From Microthyrium microscopicum (taxonomy: Eukaryota), in NCBI GenBank assembly GCA_010405405.1, contig MU004237.1:941345-1005344 (forward strand): a stretch of DNA of 64,000 nucleotides, given 5' to 3'. The notes beneath the pieces were generated by a model. That model did no database searches. It saw nothing but the letters and a program-made list of their open reading frames with translations, and was not told where the DNA came from. Numbering within the stretch: position 1 is the stretch's first letter; every line of letters begins with the position of its first letter. The position numbers and the translations under genes are program-made. This document shows positions 37,693 to 50,259 of the stretch, one piece after another.

Positions 37693-38247
37693 TACTGGAT
37701 CCCGACTCACGACTCGGAATTTTGGCACTCTGCAATTATCATGAGGACTCTTTGAGTATGTAGGCGCCAAGGACTTTACAGTGGGCGATAGAAGAGGAAG
37801 CCAAGTACAATGCGGCCAGTGAAGATGAGCGGAAAGATGGGAAGCCCAATATTGTCCAAGTCGAGAAGGTGGCTGTTATTGTCCTGGTATAGTAGATTTG
37901 CTCACAGAAAGGCAGCGTGGAGGTTAATTGAGTTCAAGCGGCCTTTTTCTATTCCTTCGTGGTTCTGATTCGTGTACTTCATGTTATGAACAGAATATTG
38001 TAGTCATTTCCAATGGATCATGTCATAATCCATGACCTGCTCTAAGTTAATACAACAAATCCTCTACTCGCCAAATATGGCACAAAAGCATGATTTCACG
38101 CGTGCTGCTGAAAGGACCTTCCGAGGCTCTATTCAGCCCTATCGTGCCTTACAAATTAAGGCCCTACCATTTTAACTTCAACTCCACGCCTATCAACCCT
38201 TTCACTCAACCTTTTGCCCTCTCAGTATCATCAAAGGGATCAATGAA

Positions 38248-39653
38248 ATGTTTGAGATTCCTTCTAAACGCCTAATCGCCTCCTACGTTTTTGATTGGAT
38301 CGCTATAGGGTGAGTATGCTTACTTCCTCCATCCAAATCTTGCAATGGGCATACAAGCTGAAACTAGACAGACTTCTTGCTGGCATAGCAGGTTCGTTTC
38401 ATTGTTCCGGGACTTACCGCCGGCCATTTTCACTCAATGATCTGAGCATCTCGTTTCCATATGTCAAGTCTCAGATCTCCTCCTGGCTGTTGTTTGTTTT
38501 GAGCCTCGTTATTCCGGCCATTGTCAGTAAACATCCACGAAGCCACAATCAACATCCTTAGCTGACGTGTGTCATCTCCAGATAATCTTTGTAGTATGTA
38601 TCGCTTTCATCCCGGTTTTGGGAGCAAGAAGATCAATATCAAGCAAACTGATATGGCGCCGGCGGCTATGGGAGCTGAACAGTAAGTCGTGCGCCATGTC
38701 TGTTTAATCAAACATCGATGGCCATATCTCGAGAATTTCTCACATGCTAACTGGTTGCAGCCGGGTGGATGGGCTTGGCTCTCAGTCTCGCAATGGCCTA
38801 CTTCTTCATCTCAGGGTTGAAGAATCTCTTCGGAAAGCCTAGACCAGATCTGCTAGCACGATGTCAGCCTGATGTTCAGAACTATCGCAAGCATACTGTT
38901 CTCTCTGGCCCAGGGTTTGCTCGAGACTACAATCCTGCATGGGTTCTTGTGAGCTCAACTATCTGCACCAACAAGAATAAAGCCGAGTTGGACGATGGTT
39001 TCAGGAGTTTTCCAAGCGGACATGCTGGTCGTATGTATGCACCGGCAGCCCATGTCAACCATGACAGCCTCGGGCAGTGTGGTCAGATCAACACTGACAA
39101 CCATTTAGTATCTTGGGCTGGCCTCTTTTACCTCGCCCTCTTCCTCTGTTCCAAGTTCGCCATCCGAATCCCTACAGCACCATCAACCACCGCCAACCCC
39201 GACGATCCCATCCTACCCACTACCCAGCAGTCCATTATTGACCTGACCACCGCCGGTCCAATAACCACCATGCAAACGCGTCTCTACAACCGCGCCGCCA
39301 GTCCACCTATATACCTACTCACTCTTCCTCTCATCCCTATCTGTCTCGCGATGTACATCACCTGCACGCGCTACTTCCAGTTCCGGCACCACGGAGTCGA
39401 CATATTTGCCGGCACAATCATTGGAATCGGCTGCGCGTGGTTCGCATTCCGCTGGTTTCACATGCCGATCGCGCGCGGCGCAGGCTGGAGTTGGGGACCA
39501 AGAAGTAGAGGACGCGCTTTTGGGGTCGGCGTGGGAATGGGTTCTTACGTGGGAGATGAAGGATGGAGTAGTGAGAGGAGAGAAGTGAAGGAGCAGGGAG
39601 ACGGTGGTGGGAGAGTTGAAGCTGCTGGAGCTGGTAATGGGGGGCGACTATAA
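38248..39653 (+). CDS. PAP2-family lipid/diacylglycerol-pyrophosphate phosphatase (DPP1-like)
   Basis: SYVFDW, RPFSLND.SISFP, KNLFGKPRP, FPSGH and TRY..FRHHGVD. Four introns. Confidence 0.9.
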
Positions 39654-39868
39654 TGAAGTTCCAGAGTCCTACAACACCGAATTCCCAATGAAAGGAGGAG
39701 ATATTTCTCACAACAAACCCATGAACTGCAGATGTGTTGAAAAAGAAGCGATGAAGAAGCTCGCTTGATGCGCCTGAAACATCTCGACATTCTGCTTCAG
39801 GCTTAGCGCCTTTCTTAACTTCCCTTCCTAAATCCTGATCTCACCCTCCAACCTCGACACACAAAAAT

Positions 39869-41755
39869 ATGTCTCGATTGAGTCGGGGATGTTCACCATG
39901 TCGCAGGCGAAAAGTGAAGGTACTTCGGCACAAAAACACTGATTGTTGACGATCTAATGCAATCAGTGTGACCAAGGCCGACCCAACTGCAACAGATGTG
40001 TGAAGCGTGGCGATGAATGCACTGGCTACCGTGATGATGCCGATCTGATCTTCCGTCATGAAACACAGAAGATTGAGAACAAGCTCTCCAGTGGAGGCAA
40101 TACTCTGCGCCGTAGAGCCTCTGATATATCAACGTCAGGCCTGTCGGACTTGTCTTCGACAACACTAGTATCCTTCAGGTCACCTTCTAGCCAGGCTTCA
40201 AAGAGCTCAACTCTCTTCTCGGAGAAATCATTTTCTGCCTATGCAGACGTCTTTGATGCAAGTCCCTTGGGGCACTCTTCAAACCCAGTATCGGAGTTGG
40301 CATCGATCAGTTCGTCAATTGAAGATCAAGCCACGTCTGAGTTCTTCGAGAAGTTCGTGATGTATCCATGCAACCTGGGATCATCGCCTGGATTCCTAGA
40401 GTTCCTACCAGGTATGATCCCATTAGATACCTAAATTATTCATTCCGATCGACATGGTGAATAATATCACAGCGTAACTACTATAGCACTCCACTTTCTC
40501 GGCGGAGGCAAAACATGGCAACTCGATGCTCACAAATGTCAGGTCTGTTCGAGGAACCACATATAGAGACCAGGACAGGCTTAAGATGGGCTGTTCGTGC
40601 AGCAGCATATGCGAACCTCGCTCAAGAGCACGGAAAGCCGGCCCTGAAGGAAAAGGCCGTAGAATGCTACGGCTTAGCTCTTTCTGCTCTATCGAGAAGC
40701 TTGACCAAAAAGAACCAAACGGTCGACGATCATATTTTGATGGCTGTTGTTGTTTTGGACTTTTTCGAGGTAATAATGTGCCTAGTCGCTATTCCTCTTC
40801 ATATATCGATTGAGATAGACAATGTATTTGGGCATATCACCAAAATTGGGTGGCCACGCAGAAGGAATGAAGCAGATCCTTCGCCTCCGCGGTCCATCTC
40901 AGCCATATGACGCGAAAAGCTGGAGTTTATTTCAACTTGCTCATCACCGAATAGTAAGTATTAATGAAGGCTGTCCAGGTAAACCGCGAGCTTAATAGAC
41001 TCTAGCAAAAACAACAACTAGCTTTCAGACAAGAAGCGTCACCAGAATCGAAAGCGTGGCTAGAACCACTCAATATGGAACTCCCAGAAGCTCAGATCGA
41101 AAAACAAAACTTTGAGATTTCGAGAGTTTGTGCATTAGCTCGCAAGCTAGTATCTCAAATCGATAACATCAATCTGTCAGCCGAGCGGATTCTGCCAATT
41201 ATCGAAGAGATACGCAGCCTTGATGAGATCGCAGTGTCATGGCGAAGCAGCCCGAGTTGGCAGTTCCAAACACTGAAAAGATCCGACATGCCGAGAGATG
41301 CTAGAACAGCCACATTCCCCGAAACTATACAATTGCATCGAGATGTATGGATTGCATATGAATGGAACTATCACCGTACTGGCCGCATCATCCTACATAC
41401 ACATATACTAGAGTGTGTACAAAGGGTGCTGAAGCAAAGTTAGGGGTCTACTCGGACCAAGTTGTTCTCTATTCGACAAGCATCAACTGCTATGATACAA
41501 CTACTCGCTGACGAAGTTATATCGACAGTTCCACAATCGTTTGGAGACATCAACGCACAAGGGATGTTGCAAAATTCCGCTCAAGTAGCTCGAAGTAGCG
41601 GCCTTGGAGGCTACTTTCTACTCTGGTCAATCAAAATCATCAAAGTAAATGAACATGTCTCACACAGCACAAGAGAATATGCAAAAGCAGTGTTCGAACG
41701 GATCAGGGAAAGCACAGGAATGAAAAGCGTTCTAGGAGACTGGAGTTGTATTTGA
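39869..41755 (+). CDS. Zn(II)2Cys6 transcription factor with a single in-frame TAG at 41441-41443
   Basis: Spliced GCSPCRRRKVK|CDQGRPNCNRCVKRGDECTGY, and a fungal TF C-terminal region (WNYHRTGRI, GGYFLLW). Four introns. The frame continues past the TAG. Confidence 0.85.
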
Positions 41756-41816
41756 GCTAAGTATTAGACATAACAGCCTCTCCACGATTCTATCAACATC
41801 GCAAAGGACCAATATC

Positions 41817-42329
41817 CTAAGTACCAGGTCGCTTGGGCGCAAGCTCCTCCAAAACAGTCCCATCCTCCAACTCCACCTTTTCTGCTCCAATCATCACAAA
41901 CGCCATCCGACATGGGACATCAGTGCGATTAATCCACTGATGATTCACGCACTTTTGCACAATGAACTCCCCCGCCTTTACCGTCTTCTCGTCTCCGCCA
42001 TCCAATTTCAGCATAATCTCACCACTCACGACTACGGCATAGTCGAGACTGACGGTCCGGTGCATGGGCACGGTGAAGTTGGCTGGAATGTCCGTGGTGC
42101 CAAAGCTGATGCCAGTTGGTGGACAGCGAGGTAATTCATTAGGCATGGGCGGTGGAGACGTGATGTTGGAAACGGGAACGCGCAGACGCGAGTGGAAGTT
42201 GGCGAAGGCGCTGACGCTGGGGCCGAATGGTTGAAAGAGGGGGACGAGAGTGTCGGCTTGGAAGATTGACGTGCCATCTTGGGCGTGGGTGGTTGTTACG
42301 AGGCGGGGAGGTTGGAGTTGGTTGGACAT
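41817..42329 (-). CDS. Cupin-2 domain protein
   Basis: PMHRTVSLDYAVVVSGEI and AGEFIVQKCVNHQWIN cupin motifs. Confidence 0.9.
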   Translation of the reverse strand: MSNQLQPPRLVTTTHAQDGTSIFQADTLVPLFQPFGPSVSAFANFHSRLRVPVSNITSPPPMPNELPRCPPTGISFGTTDIPANFTVPMHRTVSLDYAVVVSGEIMLKLDGGDEKTVKAGEFIVQKCVNHQWINRTDVPCRMAFVMIGAEKVELEDGTVLEELAPKRPGT

Positions 42330-43498
42330 GTTGGTTGATTGGACTGATCTGGGAAAGATGGAGATTTGAGGAGATTGATGTTGGAAATAATTGTGAGTGT
42401 TTTCTTCGGTTTGAATGATGAAGTTGATGTTCTGAGAATTTCACAGGCGAGAGAGGCATCTTTATACCACTCGAAGTCTTACTGAAGATTGATTTCTAAA
42501 TACTCTACAGAATCAGGCACCCAAGATTGGTTACAGGGGCGTTTTCCATTTCTCAGCATTTTCGGAGTTTGCTGGTTGAAGAAGTGGTGATAGCCAAATT
42601 TGGTGTTGCAACTCGCCCGCCCTTCCGAATTGAGAAGGCGAGGCGAGATGATCGGCGTTGAGGCTGCGCTACTGCAAGCCTCCAGCCAATGGTCGCGTGT
42701 CTTGTAAGCCACCAATTCCAAGGTATTGTTGCTTTGAGAAGGCCACGCGAGGCTGTAACTTTAGACAATCTTACAAGTATCTTTGGAGGTTCTGTACTAT
42801 GTTTGTAATGTCCGAGAGGGCTGTTCATCACTCCTTGTTTTTACCTGAGTTGTCGTGTCTAAAACGAATACTGAAGACAGCAACAGTAAACACTCTTGTA
42901 CAGCAGTCTTCTCATTTATATGCGCTAGGCTTACCTCTGGAGTATTTTTGGATTCATACTTACATTGGCTGAAAGTGATTTGATCAAACTGAGAGTTTGC
43001 AGAAATATCATACCTCAAATCACGTCATAAGCCTTGCCTCCGAGGTTTTGGTCAATTCTTTTTAAAGCTTAGAACCACGTACATACGAAATATTCTGAGA
43101 AATGAGGGTCTTAAAAAAATTTGATAGACTAAGAATAAGTTTTACCTTTGGCTTGATTGAGAGACTTGAAAATTTCAGGGACGTTGTAGAAAGGCTGGCA
43201 GGCTCTCTCTACTAGAAGATATTGACACCAAGATGCAAAGCTTTACATCCTGATGTACCCAGAATTAAAGGCTCAAAGGTTCATTGTGTCCATGTTTGAA
43301 GTCGAAGTCCAGACCTGATTCGCCACTGAGCTTGGGAAAAGGAGCTGCCACCTCAGCCTTACTGTTGGCCCCACCAACTCAAAAATACTCCAGACCGCCA
43401 ATTTAGTCCCAAACTTTTTTTGACGACCCACCAAAAACTTTAAAACAACAACTTTCGCTCTCATCAACAACTTCGCGCCCAGGCCCTTGGGCATAACC

Positions 43499-44814
43499 AT
43501 GTCCGATGATGAAGCCGACCCTGAGCTCCTCGCCTTGCTGCGCGCCCACCTTGGCCTGGGTCCACGCGACCCAACCGCCCCACCTGAGACACGAGTGCTC
43601 CAGTCTGCAGAGTACATTGTTGACAATGCAGTCGATGTCGCGCTCGATATGATAGGCACCCGCAACGCGGCAACGCTTATATACGAGCAGATGCAGGCGA
43701 AGCTGTACAGTTTCAAGAAGTGGAGTGAACACGAAATGCATCCGAAAGCAAGTGGGCCACGAGATGTGAAGACGCTGGAATTTGTTTTCACGGTTGATTT
43801 GCTTAACTTTTGCTTTTGGCCGGAGGGTGAGGAGGGTTTTGTGGTGGAGTACAAGGGCGGTCGGTGGAGCGGGTATTGGAGCTTGTGTGCTGCGCTTTGG
43901 AGGGCGCTGGATGAAGGTAAACAATCTTTTGATGTTTTTTCTCCATGCAAGATGGATTGGAAGAAGAGAGACTGATATTGAACAGGAACACCAATAACTT
44001 GTCCTGATTATTGGCATTCGGAAGATTTTACATTCGAAGTGCTTGAAAATGTATTTCGATCTGCCACAAAGGAGCCATTGCCACTTCTTCAGGAACGGTT
44101 CGATTTCTTGAAACAAGCTTCTGAGGTTTTATGCAAAGTAAGCGTCATCACTAAGTCGAGCTAGCAATATACTGAAAAATGTAGGAATACGATCTCAGTT
44201 TAGTAAATCTCATTGAAGACGCAAACCATTCTGCTGCAGGTCTTGTCAACCTTCTGGCCGACAAGTTTGCTTGCTTTAGAGACGAGACTAGATTCGAAAG
44301 AAAAACTGTCCGGCTACTCAAACGAGCGCAGATATTCGTAGCTGATATCTGGGCGGCATTTGAAGGCGAAGGCTTTGGACGATTCGAAGATATCGACAAA
44401 ATCACCATGTTTGCTGGTATGATCGTATTCACTTTGACCTTCTCAATACTAACAGCTTCGGAAGATTACAGAGTCCCTCAAATGCTGCATGCGCTTGGAG
44501 CTCTGACATATAGTCCACCGTTGGAAGATGCAATCAAGAGAAAGCAAGAGATCGCACCCGGTCATTCCTGGGAAGTGCAAATCCGGGGTAAGTTAAGCTT
44601 GCAAGTTTCTCTCTTTCCAAGCTAATATTAACTTTTAGGCTGCTCAATATGGTGTGTTGAGTCAATCCGAAAGCTAATAATACGACAAAATCCAGAAGCC
44701 AGTGTCAATGCAATACTCATTGACTACTTCTTATACGACACAGTCAAGGAAATAGAGAAAAACGCCACTGAGGAGCAATTCCCTCATCACAGAACTCGAT
44801 CAGTCTGGTACTGA
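43499..44814 (+). CDS. QNG1: Queuosine salvage protein / queuosine 5'-phosphate N-glycosylase (DUF2419)
   Basis: DLLNFCFW, GYWSLCAA, KRAQIFVADIW, TMFA|DYRVPQ, EVQIRG|CS, NAILIDYFLYD and PHHRTRSVWY*. Four introns. Confidence 0.92.
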
Positions 44815-45470
44815 TAAGTGTTCTAATTAGACAATGAAAAAGAACCTTCAATCCAAAAGAGCGCCATTTACATGTACGGAATCTTCTTGTGCTCGTATTC
44901 GAGAATTGAAGTTATCAAAGAAAACTCATTCGAGATTGGTTTCGAGCCATTTCTAGACGAACCAATATTGCGCAATCCTGTCCCAGGCTTGCAACTTACG
45001 ATACCAGCACCTAATAACATCCCAGGAAAGTATCATAGGCATCGAAGCCAAAGAAACTGCAAAAGGCCTAGAAATACCACACGGATATAAGAGGTTGATC
45101 AATCATCTTCTCGAAAATGATTGCGTGCTTTGCCATTGCAATCATGCTACCAACCCACCAAACAGCTAACATCACGGAAGATCGGATAGCTAGTGTGATA
45201 TGAAGTGGAGAGGAGGTAGCAAGAAAATGAATATGAGCATTCTTTCGCCATTCATTGGCAGATCTGCAGTGGTGGTGGTGCATATTGGCCTTATTAGGTG
45301 ATAGGCGTGTAGGTTTTCGCAAGGAGCGATTACACGTCTTACTCCGAGATAGGCATACGACTTGGATAAAGAGGTGGTATAAATGTATCTTGCGTCTCTT
45401 TAGATTCGCATCAGCATGAAAAAGGATTTGAATACCGACTAACTAGAAATTTCGACTTCAAACAGCTGCA

Positions 45471-46672
45471 ATGGCATCCGAAACTATCACCGTTCAAGCT
45501 ACAAACACTGAGCAACCACAACAGAACCAAGCTCACCGAGAGCCTCTCAAGCTCAGCGGTGCTCTAGATTTGTTTAATCATTTCGATGTCACTCCCATAA
45601 TTGGACGAGAATACCCAGATCTCAACCTAAAGGCATTGCTTCGAGCACCAAACTCAGATGAACTCATCCGAGACTTGGCTATCACCGGTTCGTACCATGC
45701 TTTCCACACTCATATCATCAATCTAACATCTTGTAGTTTCCCAGCGTGGTGTTGTTTTCTTCCGCAAGCAGGACGAATTTGACAATGATCTACAAAAGGA
45801 GCTCGCTCAGCGTCTAGGCGAGCAATCTGGCAAACCCGAGACCTCCAAGCTTCACATCCATCCAGTGAGCAACTCTGGCCGCCGTCTTGGTGGAAAAGAC
45901 GATGAAATTAGCGTTATCTCTTCCGAGCAGGCCAAAGAGATCTATAAGAACAGTGGACGTTTCCTCAACCCAAAGAAGCAGAGTGGCAGAAATGGCTGGC
46001 ACTCGGATATCACCTTCGAGCCCATTCCCAGTGACTATGCCATCTTAAGACTCACCCAGCTTCCCAAAACGGGTGGTGGTATGTAACTATAACATGTTTG
46101 CAGCTCTAAGGACTAGTCTAACAAGTACCATAGACACTCTTTGGGCCTCCGGCTACGAACTCTACGACAGACTCTCCGAACCCTATCAAAAATTCTTCGA
46201 AGCTCTCAACGCAACCTACGCCCAACCCGGATTCGCCGCCTCCGCCAGAGAAAATGGGTTTGAGCTCTACAGCCAACCACGCGGTGCCCCAGAGAACGTC
46301 GGCAACGTACTTGAAGCGATCCACCCAGTTATCCGCACCAACCCCGTCACCGGCTGGAAGAGTATATTTGCTGTTGGCCACCATGTGGCACAAATCAACG
46401 GTCTCACCGAGGAAGAGAGCAAACATGCGCTGAATTGGTTCGTCTCGTTAATCACGGAGAACCATGATCTCCAGGTCAGACATAGATGGCAGAATCCAAA
46501 CGATTTGGCGATCTGGGATAATCGTAGCGTGTATCATTCTGCTACTTTTGATTACTTTGGGTTGGGAGAGAGGACTGGTCAGCGGGCGGTGAGCTTGGGA
46601 GAGAGACCTTATTTGGATCCTAAGAGTACTGGTAGACGTGAGGCTTTGGCTGCTCAAGAGTCACAACAGTAG
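45471..46672 (+). CDS. TauD/TfdA alpha-ketoglutarate-dependent (sulfonate) dioxygenase
   Basis: TPIIGRE, RGVVFFRKQ, WHSDITFE, TGG|DTLWASG, HPVIRTNP and WDNRSVYH. Two introns. Confidence 0.93.
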
Positions 46673-48282
46673 AGGTTTGGTCAAGTTGTGACGGGCAAAC
46701 ATATCAAGATTAATGGAATATAATTACTTCAAATTTCGTTGATGAGCATGTTGGAAAACATACAACTGTCATATCATCTGCCTTTGATTACCTGTGAAGG
46801 TTTCGATATTAGGATATTGACACGCCTCTGTTCTGCTGCCATCATTATCTGCCCCTCATTCCACGATAAGCTCTAGAGCTATCATCTTGACAATGGGTAC
46901 GAGGTAAGAGTACATGCTGGTGCATATGGTCGGCGCTTCCATGCTGCCATGCTGCCTTGCATATACGGACAATCATTGACAGAGCAAGGTCAGAAAGCGC
47001 GTGTATGATATTCGCTCTTCACCTAACTCGATGCGGTTTGAGCCATCTAGTGCCAGGATATGAGACCTACGATTCAGTTTGGTCATTCTAACTTCTTGAA
47101 TGGCCAAAAATATGCGACATCGTCTGTTCAAGTAGTAGTGTGTCTCCCATTCGTTTTCTCTCCAATACTAAGCACATTCACTTTGAACTGAGACTCCTTC
47201 TTCTTGGGGTATTCTTCAGTGCAAAATTATCCTAGGTCAGATCTCGAAGGCTGACTGAACTCCCAATGACTCAAGAAATGACCAGGGTGAAATATTTACT
47301 ACCCCATTCTTGCTTAAGTACAATTTATAGTAGTTCAAAGAAAAGTATACAGCTGCTCTATTTTCACCATACATCAAATGAATCAGTTGTACAACAGTAT
47401 TATCTTTTGTTTGAATGGTTAGTTGAGACTACCATCCGCTTCGCCCCGGCCACAAAACTGACCTGGTTGGCCATGACCTGCATGTTCAACCCCACTCGCA
47501 CTTCCAACAGCTTGACAATCCCAAGCTGCATAATTTCGACAGTCAGGTCCCGCTGGCGGCTCTTAAACCCTCGTTCGACCATGCAAGATAAACAAGGGTC
47601 GCCATTTGGGTCAATTGTCCGTTGACACGTGGGCGAGACCTGCCTTAGCACGCTGTTAACCCACAGCGCCGGAGCCTGCCATGTGCAGACCAGTTCCATG
47701 GTCTGGGAAAAATTGGATAATCCTGAAGGATTGAGGCTGACATTCTTTCTGGTTTGTGGGTCAATGGAACACCAAAATATGGTTGGCTGTGAGGTGAGTT
47801 TGCAGTGTTTAAGCCTTTAAGGTGTTTGGTGGGAATGTGTAGAGGTACTTCCAGCATAAATACGTGCTACTGCACCTCACCGCCTGGGCCCTGGACGATA
47901 AAGACAAACTGGTAGGTAGCTTCGTATTGAACCTGGACTTGGTCTAGAGGGTACAGTTGAGCTATGCTCTAGGTAGCAAGCTTGCATTGCCATTGAACTC
48001 AGGTCCGTACCGGGTGAGTAGTTACACCTGTGTTCAAAATGGAGTGACTTCCACAGAATGTTTCCTCTCAACTTCACTGATACCTCCTACTCCTCTACGG
48101 GCGTTGCTTATTACAACAGGAACTGTTCAGCTCGGTACTTGCTCCTTGTTTTCGTCATTTAAGTTCAGGGTGGCTTCAAGACTTGATTTACATCATTGCT
48201 TTCGACTACAACGACCGCTCTCGAATATCGCCCGCATCATAGCAGGAACAATTACAAGCTACAGTACCCTGGAACAGCATCG

Positions 48283-49971
48283 ATGCTTTCGAGCTACATT
48301 TTGGGCTCTGTTGCCCTGGCCTTCGTGGCATTGGCAATTCGTGCCTCTTATACTTGGACATGGCGTCCAGCCTTTCCCAAGAATGCTCCTCGTCTAGTCT
48401 CAGAAAACAATGTCCTGTTTGGCGCATGGCAATTCTGGGTAAGTCCCTGCCTAAATATATCTCGGTGCTACAGGATGACCAGAGCTACTCCTAGCTTTTA
48501 AGATATCTGATTAGCCATACTGACATAATAATAGACTGATCGATGGTCGTTCTTCAGCCAATCTATGGCCCATTCTAGTACTGGCAACTTCAGTTTCTAT
48601 GCCGGTCGCAATCGAGTCGTTGGCCTCTCGGGTGATGATGCTCGCAAATGGTTCGTCGAGAGCAAAGAGCTACATCTCAACCAGGGCTATTCTCTCATGT
48701 TGGGTCCTTCGGATGATGAAATTGAGGACGGCCAGTCCATTGAGCGCTTCTTGACTACTCGTATCGCCAATTTGCTACGCGGAGAAAACATAATTCGAAG
48801 TAAGCTTTTGCACAAAAGGCATTCGGCCGTCATACTAATAATATACAGCTTTGCCAGTTTTGATTCAGCACACGCGAAAGAACCTTGAGGAATTCGGTCG
48901 CCAGCAATGGAATAAGGAAACTCTGTTTGACGTCGTTTATCGCTGGGTCTTTATTTCCACCGCCCAAATTGTCGCTCCTCATGACATTATCAACGATCCC
49001 AAACTATTGAGACAAATGATCGATTTCTTCTCGAGTTTCGAGCAGAACGTCTCTCCTACCTTCCTACTATTCCCCAAACTTCCAACTTGGACTGCCATCC
49101 GCCGTTTCGGATCGAGCTTCGCTACATTCCTCAGAATCAAGAAAATCGTCGATAACCGCAAAAAGACAGGTCCAATCTATGGCGACGCTTTGGATTTCAT
49201 GATTGAGCAAGGTGACAGCGAAATGAACCAGATTCGCATGGTCTTCGCCCTATTGATCGCCGGACTATTCAACAGCGGCTACAATGCAGCTTGGCTCGTA
49301 ACGGAGTTCTTCCTAAACCCAGATTGGCTCAAGAAAGTTCGCCAGGAAGTTGCTGATGCTGTCGACAAGGCAGTACCCGACAAGAGCATTCCATTCTTGG
49401 ATCGACTTTCCCAGCTCAAGTTCAAAGACTGGGAAGATGGTTTCCCAACAATCGACATTTGCCTCAAGGAAGTCATCCGTATTCGAACAGCTGGCTGCCT
49501 TATGCGCAAGAATATTACTGGCCACGATCTAGTAATTGGAACCGAAACTATCCCCAATGATACTCACGTCATGTACCATATCAAGGATATTCATTTCGAT
49601 CCCGAGATCTATCCAAATCCTGGTAAATGGGATCCCAGCCGCTTCGAGGAAGCGAAGGGTGAGGATAAGAAGAAAGAACATGCCTACATTGGCTGGGGTG
49701 CCGGTCGCCATCCTTGTGGTAAGTTCATGTGCTATGATTCTGATTTACCAGAGACTAACATGACGTAATAGCTGGAATACGCTATGCGAAGCTCGAGAAC
49801 TACGTGCTTTTGGCATTCTTCGTCTCGATGTTCGATTTCGAAGTCTGCTATGCGGATGGCTCACCTCTCAAGGAATCCCCACCAACTCCACCAGCAGATC
49901 TTACGATGCGTGCTCCATCGCCTCCGCTGTATATGAAAGTCCGCCCTCGCGAGAAGCCTGGCAGCGTCTAA
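48283..49971 (+). CDS. Cytochrome P450
   Basis: N-terminal TM, ExxR (EVIR), WDPSRF and heme motif WGAGRHPC|AG. Three introns. Confidence 0.92.
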
Positions 49972-50259
49972 ATCATCCTTTTTGTGGCTGGTAACTCCCA
50001 ATGGTGATAGATATTTCATGAACTTCCAAGCTACCAAGTCTGGTGGCTCGTCTGCAAGCTCGTTTCTTCAGGATTAGCATATCATTCAGGGGGGATTAAC
50101 TTCTAGCGACTGGCCGACCTCCTGATATTGATGTCAAACATCACTTACGTAGCGCTGTTAGAATCACTCAATAGAGAACAGAGTAATGAATGAAATGAGA
50201 GATTGATATATTGCGTTATAAACTTTAAAAAGCTAGGACAAATGAAATAGACTAACTGC

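Noticed and set aside
47266..48200. Several overlapping 60-146 aa ORFs
   Set aside because: No motifs or consistent splice structure; treated as intergenic noise.
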